NCBI GenBank assembly: GCA_016871975.1
Contig: VHBM01000001.1
Coordinates: 1-54,154 of the forward strand
Source of the DNA: Nitrososphaerota archaeon
GTDB taxonomy: Archaea > Thermoproteota > Nitrososphaeria > Nitrososphaerales > Nitrosopumilaceae
Direction of reading: 5' to 3'
Length of the DNA stretch: 54,154 nucleotides
The position numbers and the translations under genes were made by a program. Under the pieces are notes generated by a model. It saw only the letters and a list, made by a program, of their open reading frames with translations, searched no databases and was not told where the DNA came from. This document shows, one piece after another, positions 9,421-19,277 of this stretch (within the stretch, counting starts at the first letter, position 1; each line of letters begins with the position of its first letter).

Positions 9421-10269
9421 TCATCCGTATGATTCGTATTTGACTTCAAAGCTTCCATCAGGGCGTTTTTCTCTTTCACTTACAAAGCCACGCGGTTTAA
9501 GAAAGTCCATCACGCCATCTATAGTTCCCTGCCAGCCACATATGTAAAATATCGTATTTTCTTTAGTGATTTTATCATTAACTAATTTCTCAAGTGGTGA
9601 GGGTCCACCATCTTTTGATCGCAAAAATGTCTCAACACGTCCTACCTGACCTCCCCATGATCGGTTAAACCATTCTTGAGGTCTGCTAATTGTTGCGCGG
9701 TATTTAAAATTCCATTTATTCTGTCCTTTATCGAGGCTTTCGTATTCTAGATCGGTTAGTAATTCTTTGTAGCCTAGCTCATCAACATAACTTGCTCCAT
9801 GTAGTACAACTACCTCCCTTTTGTCGCCAACTGCATGGAGATGTTGTGCATAGCTAACAAATGGTGCAAGACCAGTGCCTCCACCAATGCAGACTAGTCT
9901 TCTTTCATCCTTTTGTCCATTAGCAAGTGTGTCGTTAATGGTAAATGCGCCGGTAGGCTTGATCCAGTTTATCTCATCACCTTCTTTAGCATTAAACAGC
10001 TGTGTGGTTAAACGACCTGGCAGTGGCTTTCTTACCCATCTAATGTACAGCTCAATGTATTTTCGATTTTCAGGATGTGATGGAATTGAATATGCTCTTC
10101 TGATTATTTTATTTTCACTGGGTACATTCAATCCAATCGTTAAAAACTGACCAGGTTTGTAATCTGGAACAGGACCTTCTTTTGGAACAAGTCTGAATAT
10201 AGCTAAATCCTCTTTTAGTGATTGAATGTATGTTATGGTTGCTTTGTTATCTACTACCACTTCATTCAT
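9421..10269 (-). CDS. fpr: Ferredoxin-NADP+ reductase (plant-type FNR family)
   Basis: FAD-binding RAYSI motif, NADP-binding GGGTGLAP, and a C-terminal aromatic (…ESYG). Confidence 0.85.
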   Translation of the reverse strand: MNEVVVDNKATITYIQSLKEDLAIFRLVPKEGPVPDYKPGQFLTIGLNVPSENKIIRRAYSIPSHPENRKYIELYIRWVRKPLPGRLTTQLFNAKEGDEINWIKPTGAFTINDTLANGQKDERRLVCIGGGTGLAPFVSYAQHLHAVGDKREVVVLHGASYVDELGYKELLTDLEYESLDKGQNKWNFKYRATISRPQEWFNRSWGGQVGRVETFLRSKDGGPSPLEKLVNDKITKENTIFYICGWQGTIDGVMDFLKPRGFVSEREKRPDGSFEVKYESYG

Positions 10270-10389
10270 CTAAGGTACTATGGTTAAATATCTTCTGTTG
10301 AATTTGCAAGAATCATTTAGAATTAGCTAAACGTTAATAGTGTAACCAAAAAATCAAAAGAGATCAGAATTTTTATTCTGATTGAAATT

Positions 10390-10463
10390 GGGCCGGTCGT
10401 CTAGCCTGGTAGGATACGCCCTTGGCATGGGTGAGATCGTGGGTTCAAATCCCGCCCGGTCCA
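10390..10463 (+). tRNA. tRNA-Ala (anticodon GGC)
   Basis: 74-nt cloverleaf. Acceptor GGGCCGG/CCGGTCC carries the G3:U70 alanine identity pair. Anticodon loop TTGGCAT, T arm GTGGG-TTCAAAT-CCCGC. Confidence 0.88.
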
Positions 10464-10509
10464 CTTTATTTTCTAAAAAGATAATACAAACACGTAGACT
10501 GTAGGTTAC

Positions 10510-10583
10510 GGGGACGTAGGTTAGCTTGGTGGACTGCCAGCCTCGGGCGCTGGATGTCATGGGTTCAAGTCCCATCGTCCCCA
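10510..10583 (+). tRNA. tRNA-Pro (anticodon CGG)
   Basis: 74-nt cloverleaf: acceptor GGGGACG/CGTCCCC, anticodon stem CCAGC/GCTGG with loop CTCGGGC (G37), T arm ATGGG-TTCAAGT-CCCAT. Confidence 0.88.
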
Positions 10584-10629
10584 CAGAAAATTCAATCATT
10601 GAAATAGAACCAGTTGATACGTAAAGCAA

Positions 10630-11232
10630 TTGACCATTTGCATCTATCTTGCACATCTAAATCCAGTTACAAATGCTCATGTTGAAATCATAGAGGAGTT
10701 AAAAAAAGATGCACATGTTATAGTCATGCCAGTAATTTTTATGAAAAGTGATCAGGAAATAACAAGTCGCAGCTTTCCATTTAATTTTGAGATTAGAAAA
10801 AAAATGCTAGAGTCTGTATTTGGGACATCGATTACTGTCAAAAAAAATTATACGTTTTATGCACCGTTTGTCTGCTATTTGCCACCACTAATTTCTCCAC
10901 GATCTTGGTCGTTGCGAAATCAAATTCTTGATGGGATAAATGATGACTATTTTACGTACACTGGTGACAAGGCTGAAGGATACATGCTAAAGCTTTATCG
11001 ATTAAATCCCAAGATAGGTGTGCGAAAGGAACTATCTGCCTCATCTGTAAAGGAAAAGCTGTATGATGTTGCAACTGGCAAAAATACAGACTGGAAAGAA
11101 AATGTCCCGCAACAGGTTGTACAGATAATTGAACAAAACTGGAATGTCTTAGAGAGATATAGCAAGACGGAAGATAGAACAACTAAGATTTTAGGAATGA
11201 AATTTCCAAATGATGGTATGTGGTCAAAATAG
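10630..11232 (+). CDS. Cytidylyltransferase-like nucleotidyltransferase (NMN/pantetheine-phosphate adenylyltransferase superfamily)
   Basis: N-terminal Rossmann strand plus an H/T-x-x-H-type motif (IYLAHLNPVTNAHVEII), and a late SASSVKEKL resembling the ISSTxIR motif. TTG start. Substrate is not assignable. Confidence 0.5.
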   Translation: MTICIYLAHLNPVTNAHVEIIEELKKDAHVIVMPVIFMKSDQEITSRSFPFNFEIRKKMLESVFGTSITVKKNYTFYAPFVCYLPPLISPRSWSLRNQILDGINDDYFTYTGDKAEGYMLKLYRLNPKIGVRKELSASSVKEKLYDVATGKNTDWKENVPQQVVQIIEQNWNVLERYSKTEDRTTKILGMKFPNDGMWSK

Positions 11233-11243
11233 ATTAATTATAG

Positions 11244-12173
11244 GTGATTTTGAGAATTTTTGTGAAATTTCCTATTTCAAAATTTATCTGGTTTGATGGC
11301 AAATATGTTACAACTGAAAAAGCGAAAGTTCCTGTAACAACACATGCCATACATTATGGAACTTCAATCTTTGAGGGGATTCGCGGTTATTGGAACTCTG
11401 AAAATCTATACATTTTCAGATTAGCTGATCATCTAAAGCGATTTAGAAACTCAGGAAAATTCTATTCTATTTCCCTTAATTTTTCTGATAACCAAATATC
11501 CAATGCTATTGTTAAGCTGTGTAGAAAAAACAACATTAGACGACCCTGCTATATTAGACCGTTTTATTTTGTTGGCCAATATGGAATAAATTTTCATGTA
11601 AATGAAAAGTCGCCAACTCATGTAGCCATATATACCGCACTTTTCGGGGATTTGTTCAACAAAAATGGGATAACTACCTGTGTTTCTTCTTGGCGAAAAT
11701 TTAGCGATGCGACAACGCCCACACAAGCAAAAATGGGTGGGAACTATCTCAATTCAGTTTTGGCAACTCAGGAATGCAAAAGAAAGGGGTTTGATGAGGC
11801 AATACTTTTAGATCTTGCAGGAAATGTCAGTGAAGCACCAGGTGAAAATATCTTTCTTGTAAGAGACGGACAGTTGTTTACTCCGCCTATCAGCTCATCA
11901 GCACTTGATGGAATTACAAGAGACACAATAATTACATTGGCTCATGACATGGGTTACAAGACAACCATTAAAAAAATTCCAAAAAGGGAATTATACTTGG
12001 CAGATGAGATATTTCTAACCGGTACTGCTGCAGAGATTACTCCAATTATTCAGATTGATCATAAAAAAATTGGCAAGGTGGGAGAAATAACAAAAAGCAT
12101 GATGACTGCGTATAATGATGTAGTGATGAATAAAAATGACAGATATGCTAGCTGGTTGACTGCAGTGTATTAG
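11244..12173 (+). CDS. ilvE: Branched-chain amino acid aminotransferase (PLP fold type IV)
   Basis: IWFDGKYV...THAIHYGTSIFEGIRGY, the catalytic Lys region TQAKMGGNYLNS, and LDGITRDT...GTAAEITP. GTG start at 11244; alternative GTG at 11262. Confidence 0.88.
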   Translation: MILRIFVKFPISKFIWFDGKYVTTEKAKVPVTTHAIHYGTSIFEGIRGYWNSENLYIFRLADHLKRFRNSGKFYSISLNFSDNQISNAIVKLCRKNNIRRPCYIRPFYFVGQYGINFHVNEKSPTHVAIYTALFGDLFNKNGITTCVSSWRKFSDATTPTQAKMGGNYLNSVLATQECKRKGFDEAILLDLAGNVSEAPGENIFLVRDGQLFTPPISSSALDGITRDTIITLAHDMGYKTTIKKIPKRELYLADEIFLTGTAAEITPIIQIDHKKIGKVGEITKSMMTAYNDVVMNKNDRYASWLTAVY

Positions 12174-12174
12174 A

Positions 12175-13110
12175 ATGAAGGTTGTACAAATTGGAACAGG
12201 AGGGTGGGGTAAAAATCACACACGCGTTCTTTCCCAGATTGGTGTGCTTTCTGCAGTGTGCGATACAAACAAGGAACGAAGCAAGGAATTTGGACAAAAA
12301 TATTCTGTAAATCACTACGATTCTGTTGACTCACTTTTAAATTCAGAAAAGTTTGATGCTGCCTTTATTTGTACGCCTACCTCAACGCATACACAAATTG
12401 CAACACAGTTACTCCAGCAAAAAAAACATGTATTTGTAGAAAAGCCAATGACATACAACTCAGAAGAAGGTAATGATCTACTCAAGCTTGCACAAAAAAA
12501 CAATGTCTTGTTAACATGTGGTTACATTGAGAGGTTCAATCCTGCAGTAAACTCTGTAAAAAAATATGTTGATTCAAAAAAGTTTGGCGACCTTATCATG
12601 TTAGAGTTTCATCGCGAAAATAGAATGCCGCTTCACATAAAAGATGTTGGCATAATTTATGATACAGCGGTTCACGATATCGATACTGCAATGTGGTTGT
12701 TTAATGATATGCCAGAAGTTGTGTTTGCACGAGCTGGCAAGATCCGACATGACCATGAAGATTTTGCAACAATTATGCTTGGATTCAAAAACAACAAGAT
12801 TGCAATAATCTCATCCAACTGGATTACGCCAAAAAGGGTACGACACTTTAATGCAATTTGCACCGATGGGATAATCTCGTCTGACTTTATTACACAAGAA
12901 ATTAGAATTGACACTGAGAAAAATTCCGAGATCCCACGAAATGAAAAACAAGAACCATTACTTGTAGAAATCAAAAACTTTGTTGGTGCTGTCAATGGAA
13001 AAAATGAACTTATTGTAAAACCTGAAGATGCCGTAAATGTTACAAAAATAGCAGAAGCTGCACTTTTATCAAGCAAGCAAGGGGCTCCAATCTATCTTGA
13101 TCTAAAATGA
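12175..13110 (+). CDS. Gfo/Idh/MocA-family NAD(P)-dependent oxidoreductase (sugar or sugar-nucleotide dehydrogenase-like)
   Basis: N-terminal Rossmann motif VQIGTGGWGKNH, a conserved EKP motif (VFVEKPM), and the C-terminal alpha/beta domain. Confidence 0.8.
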   Translation: MKVVQIGTGGWGKNHTRVLSQIGVLSAVCDTNKERSKEFGQKYSVNHYDSVDSLLNSEKFDAAFICTPTSTHTQIATQLLQQKKHVFVEKPMTYNSEEGNDLLKLAQKNNVLLTCGYIERFNPAVNSVKKYVDSKKFGDLIMLEFHRENRMPLHIKDVGIIYDTAVHDIDTAMWLFNDMPEVVFARAGKIRHDHEDFATIMLGFKNNKIAIISSNWITPKRVRHFNAICTDGIISSDFITQEIRIDTEKNSEIPRNEKQEPLLVEIKNFVGAVNGKNELIVKPEDAVNVTKIAEAALLSSKQGAPIYLDLK

Positions 13111-13376
13111 ACAAAAAAATGCTTGATATTCTTGCATGTCCTTTAGACAAATATCATCCATTGGAAATTTTTGAAGTGGATTCAAAAGATGAGATAGTGA
13201 TAGAAGGTGCGTTATACTGCATAAAATGTTCCAGATTTTATCCAATAATTGAGGAGATTCCGATTATGCTTCCTGATGAGCTACGTGATAAAAAACAAGA
13301 TGTTGATTTTCTTCAAAAAAATCAGAAAAAACTGCCTGAAAAAATAATTAAACAGGCATCTCCATGGCATCTGTGA
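13107..13376 (+). CDS. Trm112-family small zinc-ribbon-like protein (DUF343)
   Basis: LDILACPLDK...LYCIKCSRFYPIIEEIPIML is the Trm112 pattern. Overlaps the upstream gene by 4 nt. Confidence 0.75.
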   Translation: MNKKMLDILACPLDKYHPLEIFEVDSKDEIVIEGALYCIKCSRFYPIIEEIPIMLPDELRDKKQDVDFLQKNQKKLPEKIIKQASPWHL

Positions 13377-13382
13377 TATCTT

Positions 13383-13859
13383 TTGGTTACTAATTTCGTA
13401 TCAAAAAAAGCAAAGATTGGCAAAAATGTAAAGATCTGGCATTTCACATATGTTGGAGACAACACTGTAATTGGAGATAATGTCAAGGTTGGTTCCCTTG
13501 CTCATATTGACTATGATGTAAGAATTGGTGCAAACTCTATGATTGAAGGTATGGTCTACATTCCTCCAAAATCAAGAATTGGAAAAAATGTCTTTATCGG
13601 ACCTGCTGCTACACTAACAAACGATCCTTACCCTCCAAGTCAAAAACTAATTGGGGTTACAATCAAAGATGGTGCAATCATTGGATCATGTGCAGTCATC
13701 AAGGCCGGAGTAACAATTGGCAAAAATAGTGTTGTCGGAATGGGTGCGGTGGTTACAAAAGATGTGCCAGCTGGAGTTGTTGTTTTAGGTGTTCCTGCAA
13801 AAAAAAGATATTTGCGAGATGAATACAATAGAAAACAAAAAAAATGGAAAAATAGCTAA
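13383..13859 (+). CDS. Left-handed beta-helix (hexapeptide-repeat) acyl/acetyltransferase
   Basis: Repeated [LIV]-G-x4 hexapeptides throughout (IGKNVKI, IGDNVKVG, IGANSMI, IGKNVFIG, IGSCAVI, IGKNSVVG). Confidence 0.85.
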   Translation: MVTNFVSKKAKIGKNVKIWHFTYVGDNTVIGDNVKVGSLAHIDYDVRIGANSMIEGMVYIPPKSRIGKNVFIGPAATLTNDPYPPSQKLIGVTIKDGAIIGSCAVIKAGVTIGKNSVVGMGAVVTKDVPAGVVVLGVPAKKRYLRDEYNRKQKKWKNS

Positions 13860-14089
13860 GATTTAAGTTGTTTTTGGAATATCCAGTTTTTTACTTTTGA
13901 TAAAATAAAGATCCAAGCTGCAATAATCAAAAGTGCAATTGCAATCTTGATGCCAGAGTTTAGTATCGGATCGAATCCATCAGAACCTCCAAAAGAAAGC
14001 GGTCCTACCATCACAACCATAAGACCACCACCAACTAGGATCAATAACCACATTGCAAATACAAATACGTAAACCAGTCCTGCTATCAT
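13856..14089 (-). CDS. Small membrane protein (two predicted TM helices)
   Basis: 77-aa hydrophobic ORF. Its start overlaps the stop of the upstream glycosyltransferase by 4 nt, consistent with translational coupling. No recognisable family. Confidence 0.5.
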   Translation of the reverse strand: MIAGLVYVFVFAMWLLILVGGGLMVVMVGPLSFGGSDGFDPILNSGIKIAIALLIIAAWIFILSKVKNWIFQKQLKS

Positions 14090-15075
14090 ATTCGCACATC
14101 CATTAAAAAGGCAGTAATCACAGCCAAGATACCAGAAAAAATAGCTAGTTTGAATATAACAAAGCCAATTTCCTTTTCAGTCAGTGGTTTTGCTGCAACA
14201 ATTAGCCTAACAATAGTGGTCGGGGCATCCTTGTCATGGGTAGCCCCAAGCTTGTAATCATCGGAAAGAAAAGTAGGATTTTTTATCTGTCTGTGTTCTA
14301 CGATTTTTTTCATGCTGCTTAAAAACAAAAATGAGTTCATTATAGCAGGAAGAAGTGCTACTGCTGCAATCACTTCTACATGGCCGACAATTGCGATTGC
14401 TCCATATGTTGCCCCAAAAACTAGTGCTCCTGAATCCCCAGGAAAAATTCTACTTGGAAATTTGTGATATCTGTAAAATGCGAGTGAAACAAAGCCCAGT
14501 GCTAAACTTGCAATTGCAATTTCATAATTTTGCATTACAAATAATGCTGCACTTAATGCAAAGCTTGCAATTGATGTAAAACCACTTGCAATTCCATTTA
14601 AAACATCAATCGAGTTTATTGTATTTCCTGTAATTGGAATCATGAAAATCACAAGACCAATGTACAAAACTGGAATTTTTACAAAACCAAATAATGGAAA
14701 TGCCAATCCAGGATCATAGGCACCAAGTAAAAGAATTGGTATTGCACAGAACGCAAGTGCTACAGGTTTGAACCATCCACCCATAACTTTTCTGTCGTCA
14801 ACTATTCCAACACAAAATGCAAGTGATGATGTTATTACAATAGCTAAAATGTGGATCGATGGAAAAAATGCATAAAGTATAAGCTCTGATGCTATGACTC
14901 CGATTATGATTGAAATTCCTCCAGGTCTTGCAACCATGGCACCTCCTTTTCGGTTATAGTCTTTTACCACAAGGTTTCTTTTTTCTAAATATTTTATCAG
15001 AAATGGAGTTATTACAAAGACTGAAAAAAACGCCACAATAGAGACAAGTACTGCTGTTATGATTTGATCTTCCAA
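14086..15075 (-). CDS. aglH: Glycosyltransferase family 4 polyprenyl/dolichyl-phosphate HexNAc-1-phosphate transferase (AglH/MraY/WecA superfamily)
   Basis: About ten TM helices with the cytoplasmic-loop motifs IVDDRK, NSIDVLNG and PGDSGAL typical of GPT/MraY-type transferases. Confidence 0.82.
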   Translation of the reverse strand: MEDQIITAVLVSIVAFFSVFVITPFLIKYLEKRNLVVKDYNRKGGAMVARPGGISIIIGVIASELILYAFFPSIHILAIVITSSLAFCVGIVDDRKVMGGWFKPVALAFCAIPILLLGAYDPGLAFPLFGFVKIPVLYIGLVIFMIPITGNTINSIDVLNGIASGFTSIASFALSAALFVMQNYEIAIASLALGFVSLAFYRYHKFPSRIFPGDSGALVFGATYGAIAIVGHVEVIAAVALLPAIMNSFLFLSSMKKIVEHRQIKNPTFLSDDYKLGATHDKDAPTTIVRLIVAAKPLTEKEIGFVIFKLAIFSGILAVITAFLMDVRI

Positions 15076-17202
15076 TTAACTTTCCTTTCGTAGTTGAGAT
15101 TTTATGTTCTCTGCAATTGTAGGGCCTATTTTATCAATTTCTGCCAATTTATTCACCGGTATTTTGGAAAGATCTGAAATAGTTTTGATGTTATTTCTGT
15201 AAAGTCTCCTAGCTCGTACACGACCGATTCCCTTTATCTTTACAAGCTCGATTAATTCCTCCTTTATCCCATAGGCTAGTCTTTTTCGCAAAATTGTAAG
15301 CTCATCAAGTAGATCTGCTCTGCCTACTAGTTTTGCAAGCTCATATAGGCAATAAACGAGCCAATCTCCGTTTTCTACCATTCTGTGAATGTCGCCTGCC
15401 TCTACGTTTAGTGTGTCAGATAATGATATTTCAGAAGATTCGCTAATCCATGCGTGTATGGCCAAAAGGCTTCGATTGCAATCATATTCTGATATTGGCT
15501 TAATTAGCTCAGATGAGTGATTTTCAAGCAAAACACTCAATTTTTCAAAATCTTTGTTTCTGAGGGAAAGTTTTGGAAAAAATTCATCAGAGTATGTAAT
15601 CAAGTGTAAAAAACCAAAGGTGTGTTTTCTTTTTTCTGATACTGAATCTAGCGCGTCTCTAAAGTATGTTGCAGTTAGTGGATCTATGTATAGTTTTGAA
15701 ACCTTCTGCCCAAACTCTGTCGCAACAAATCTATCGCCTTTTTCAATGATCAAACCTTCATTTAAAAGAAATTTCAATGCTAGTGTTATTGCAAATTTTA
15801 TTGATGATTTACTTGACTGTAATCCTCCTAATGTTTGCAAAAAGAAATTTATGATTTCATCATTTTGTATTCCAGGGGTTGTAACAATCAGGCTAAGAAC
15901 ATGAATCCTGATTGCTTTGTCATCAGTTATCTTTGACTCTATTGGCTCTGGTTCTCCTTTGATATAATAGTCCAGTAGCTCGTCGCTGTTTGCGTTTCCA
16001 ACTATTATTGATTCACCATATTCATCATACTGCGGTCTTCCTGCTCTTCCACAAAGTTGTTTGTATTCTAGAACACTAATCGGTTTGTTTGTTCCGTAAC
16101 GTGCATCATATCTGTTTATGTTTGATATAACGACGCGTCTTGCTGGGAGATTCACACCTGCTGCAAGGGTAGGGGTTGAAGTAAGAAGTTTTATCTTGCC
16201 ATTTCGAAATTCCTCTTCTATTGTTTCTCTACAGTTTTGATTTAAACCAGCATGATGAAATGCCACTCCTCTTTTTACTAGTTTTGCTAGAGTCTTGACA
16301 AGTTCGGTGTGTTCGTTATCTGAAAGAATTTTCTCCGAAATTTTTTCAAGCTCCTCAATTTCTGCATCTTTAAGATATTTTGCGATGGCTTCTGCAGCCT
16401 TTGTTGCAAGCGAAGCAGAACGTGTTCTTGTTTCTGCAAAAAGCAATGATTGGCCACCATCTTTTACCGACTCTACACCCAAATCAACAGGAGGGCCTCT
16501 AATGCTTGATTCAACCTCAAAGTATCGTCCATCATGCATAATCACACTGCCATGGTCGTAAACGCCTTCAGCAAGAGGCACGGGCCTCCAGTTAGTAGTA
16601 ACTGCCTCACATCCCAGCCATTTTGATAGTTCTTCTACGTTTGTTATTGTTGCACTAAGGGCAAGTATTTGTGGTTTTGATCCTAATAGCTTTAGTTTTG
16701 TTAGAATCATCTCAAGTGTTGGGCCTCTGTCAGCATCACCAATAAGATGTGCCTCATCAGCTACTACAAGCCCTATGTCATTTATCCAATCTGCACCATG
16801 CCGCATAATAGAATCCATTTTTTCATTTGTTAAAATCAATACATCATTTTTTGCAAGTGTTGAATCATTAGAGTCATAATCTCCAGTTGAGATCTGAGTT
16901 TTGATTTTTTTCCCAATATCCAATGACTCTAGTTTCTTAAACTCGGAAAACTTTTCTGCTGCAAGTGCTCTTAATGGTGTAAGATATACTACTTTGCCAG
17001 AGTTTGAGGAAAGATAATGGATTATTGCAATAGTTGCAATGAGTGTTTTTCCACTAGCAGTTGGTGATGAAACAAGGAGACTTTTTCCATCCAATAGTCC
17101 TGCCTTAATACTGTCTTCCTGCGGAGGAAAAAGATTCGAATATCCTTGTTGAGAAAGAAAATCGTTTGCTTGTTTTGGAAGTTGTAGTTCAGCTATCTTC
17201 AT
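15076..17202 (-). CDS. hel308: Hel308 / Ski2-like superfamily-2 DNA helicase
   Basis: Walker A SPTASGKT, DEAH box (VVADEAHLI), SAT motif (LSATI), motif VI CGRAGRPQYD, and a C-terminal helix-hairpin-helix domain (IKGIGRVRARRL). 708 aa. Confidence 0.9.
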   Translation of the reverse strand: MKIAELQLPKQANDFLSQQGYSNLFPPQEDSIKAGLLDGKSLLVSSPTASGKTLIATIAIIHYLSSNSGKVVYLTPLRALAAEKFSEFKKLESLDIGKKIKTQISTGDYDSNDSTLAKNDVLILTNEKMDSIMRHGADWINDIGLVVADEAHLIGDADRGPTLEMILTKLKLLGSKPQILALSATITNVEELSKWLGCEAVTTNWRPVPLAEGVYDHGSVIMHDGRYFEVESSIRGPPVDLGVESVKDGGQSLLFAETRTRSASLATKAAEAIAKYLKDAEIEELEKISEKILSDNEHTELVKTLAKLVKRGVAFHHAGLNQNCRETIEEEFRNGKIKLLTSTPTLAAGVNLPARRVVISNINRYDARYGTNKPISVLEYKQLCGRAGRPQYDEYGESIIVGNANSDELLDYYIKGEPEPIESKITDDKAIRIHVLSLIVTTPGIQNDEIINFFLQTLGGLQSSKSSIKFAITLALKFLLNEGLIIEKGDRFVATEFGQKVSKLYIDPLTATYFRDALDSVSEKRKHTFGFLHLITYSDEFFPKLSLRNKDFEKLSVLLENHSSELIKPISEYDCNRSLLAIHAWISESSEISLSDTLNVEAGDIHRMVENGDWLVYCLYELAKLVGRADLLDELTILRKRLAYGIKEELIELVKIKGIGRVRARRLYRNNIKTISDLSKIPVNKLAEIDKIGPTIAENIKSQLRKES

Positions 17203-19277
17203 ACCCGGTTATAATGACCGGGTTTTGATTCATAAATAGATGCCTCACGGAGCATGCGTTTAAGATAGCTTCTTGCTTCATCTTCAGTGAATTTACCTGA
17301 TTTCACAAGCTCTTTTATGAATAATTTTTCTTCAACAGCCATCTTGTTTTCTCCTTCAAGTGACTTTAGTACATCCATGAATAGTTGCATCTTTGATACC
17401 TCACTTCGTGGTCTTCCCTGAAGAACACCAAGATCAACTTTGCCTGTGTTTACATCTACTCCTGCATCACGCAACATGCTTTCAATTAGAAATATTGCTC
17501 GTTCTGCATCTTCTGCTTCTACTTGATCTTTCATAAGCAGTCTTGCTCTGGCTGTAGCAAGTCTTATGAGACCTTCAAGCTGCCTAGGGGTTACTGTAAT
17601 CATTTCTTCTGACTCGACATTTCTCATTTTCATGTAATACTCTAGAATTTTTTCTTCTGCATCTTTTGTTAGAACTGGTTCAATCCTTTTTGCATATGCT
17701 AGGTATTTTGTAAGTATGTCAACATCAATCAGTGAGCGTGTTTCAATTCCTGACGGCGAATGTAAGTTAATGATGTGTTTTGCAATTTTTGTGTCTCTTT
17801 CCTTTGATGGGATATCTCTTACAACAAAGATTAAGTCAAATCTTGTTAAAAGTGGAATTGGTAGGTTTACATTTTCTGTGATATTTTTGAATGGATCATA
17901 CTTGCCATACATTGGGTTTGCGGCGGCAAGAATCGATGTTCTTGCGTTTAGTGTTGCAACGATCCCTCCTTTTGCAATGCTTGCAGACTGTTGCTCCATT
18001 ACTTCGTGAAGTGCACTTCGATCTTCTGGTTTCATCTTATCAAATTCATCAATGCATACTAGTCCTTGATCACCTAAAACAACTGCACCTGCTTCAAGCA
18101 TCATGATTCCTGTTTTGTCTCGAACTACTGCTGCCGTAAGACCAGCAGCTGTTGAGCCTCTGCCTGATGTGTATAATCCTCTTGGTGCAATCCTTGCACA
18201 AAACTTTAGCATTTCGCTTTTTGCAGTACCAGGATCTCCTACAAGAAAGATGTTGATGTCGCCTCTGATCTTTGCTCCATCTTGAAGTAGTCTTTGTGTT
18301 GAACCAACAACTAGCAAAAGAATTGATTCTTTGATAATCGAGTGTCCTTGTATGTGAGGTGCAAAAGAGTCAACTAGTCTATCGTAAATGTCTGGATTTG
18401 TCGAAAGTGATTTGATTATCTTTTCTTCTTCTGGTGAGATTTCTTCTCTTTCTGTTTTTCTTGAGCTCTTTATACCTCTGCCACCTAGAAATTCGATGTT
18501 GTTTCCATCTATTCTGAGTCTGTAAAGACCACTTGTTGTTCTTGCACCTGCAATCTGATCCTGTTCTATTCTGACAATGCCTGTTAGTATAATACGGTCA
18601 CCAGGTCTTGCATTGTCAACAAGATCCTGCTTTATGCTTACATCTACATAATGAGGAAGCTGTCCAGGTGGCAGATCTTCTGGAAGTTCCTGTAGTCTAA
18701 GAATTTGAAAATCAATAAACCTGCTTGATTCTGGGTCAATTCTAAATTCCTTTTGTGCACACTTTGGATCTGAACATTTTGTTGGTGTGTTTACACTCAG
18801 ACCTTTAAGTAAAATCATATGAGTTTTGTGACCTATTGGACACTTGTAGATAATTTCTTTAGCTAGAGGTTTTATCTCAGAAGATCGAACTACCATTCCA
18901 GAAACACTTGTCATCTTGTTGATGATCTCTGCGTTTATTTGACGAAGACTACGCTGAATTGGAAAGTTTATGATTCTCGCTCTAATCTCGTCTTTGATCT
19001 TTTCTGCATATTGTGGAAATCTTTCTTGAAGAATCTCTTTTATTGCCCTTGCAAAGGCATCTAGTATCTCGTCTGGATTTTCATTGAATTTTGACTCGAT
19101 TGTAGAGTTTGAAACAAGGTCGTTATAATCAACAACTATGTATCTAGAGTCCTTTGGCAACATGTGGTCGATTTGCTCGACATACTTGTATGAGCCGTCT
19201 TTTTCCTTAAACTGCCTGAGAAATTCCTTTACCTCATCTGATAATGCCGATGGTGTTGGTATTTCTAATGCGGTCAC
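17199..19277 (-). CDS. mcm: MCM replicative helicase
   Basis: Zn-finger region CPIGHK...CSDPKC, Walker A GDPGTAKS, Walker B CIDEFDKM, arginine finger SILAAANP, and a C-terminal winged helix. 692 aa with no intein. Confidence 0.95.
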   Translation of the reverse strand: MTALEIPTPSALSDEVKEFLRQFKEKDGSYKYVEQIDHMLPKDSRYIVVDYNDLVSNSTIESKFNENPDEILDAFARAIKEILQERFPQYAEKIKDEIRARIINFPIQRSLRQINAEIINKMTSVSGMVVRSSEIKPLAKEIIYKCPIGHKTHMILLKGLSVNTPTKCSDPKCAQKEFRIDPESSRFIDFQILRLQELPEDLPPGQLPHYVDVSIKQDLVDNARPGDRIILTGIVRIEQDQIAGARTTSGLYRLRIDGNNIEFLGGRGIKSSRKTEREEISPEEEKIIKSLSTNPDIYDRLVDSFAPHIQGHSIIKESILLLVVGSTQRLLQDGAKIRGDINIFLVGDPGTAKSEMLKFCARIAPRGLYTSGRGSTAAGLTAAVVRDKTGIMMLEAGAVVLGDQGLVCIDEFDKMKPEDRSALHEVMEQQSASIAKGGIVATLNARTSILAAANPMYGKYDPFKNITENVNLPIPLLTRFDLIFVVRDIPSKERDTKIAKHIINLHSPSGIETRSLIDVDILTKYLAYAKRIEPVLTKDAEEKILEYYMKMRNVESEEMITVTPRQLEGLIRLATARARLLMKDQVEAEDAERAIFLIESMLRDAGVDVNTGKVDLGVLQGRPRSEVSKMQLFMDVLKSLEGENKMAVEEKLFIKELVKSGKFTEDEARSYLKRMLREASIYESKPGHYNRV

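Noticed and set aside
10354-10656. 100-aa minus-strand ORF from the track
   Set aside because: It is entirely built from the antisense of two well-formed tRNA genes (tRNA-Ala 10390..10463 and tRNA-Pro 10510..10583), so it is not coding.
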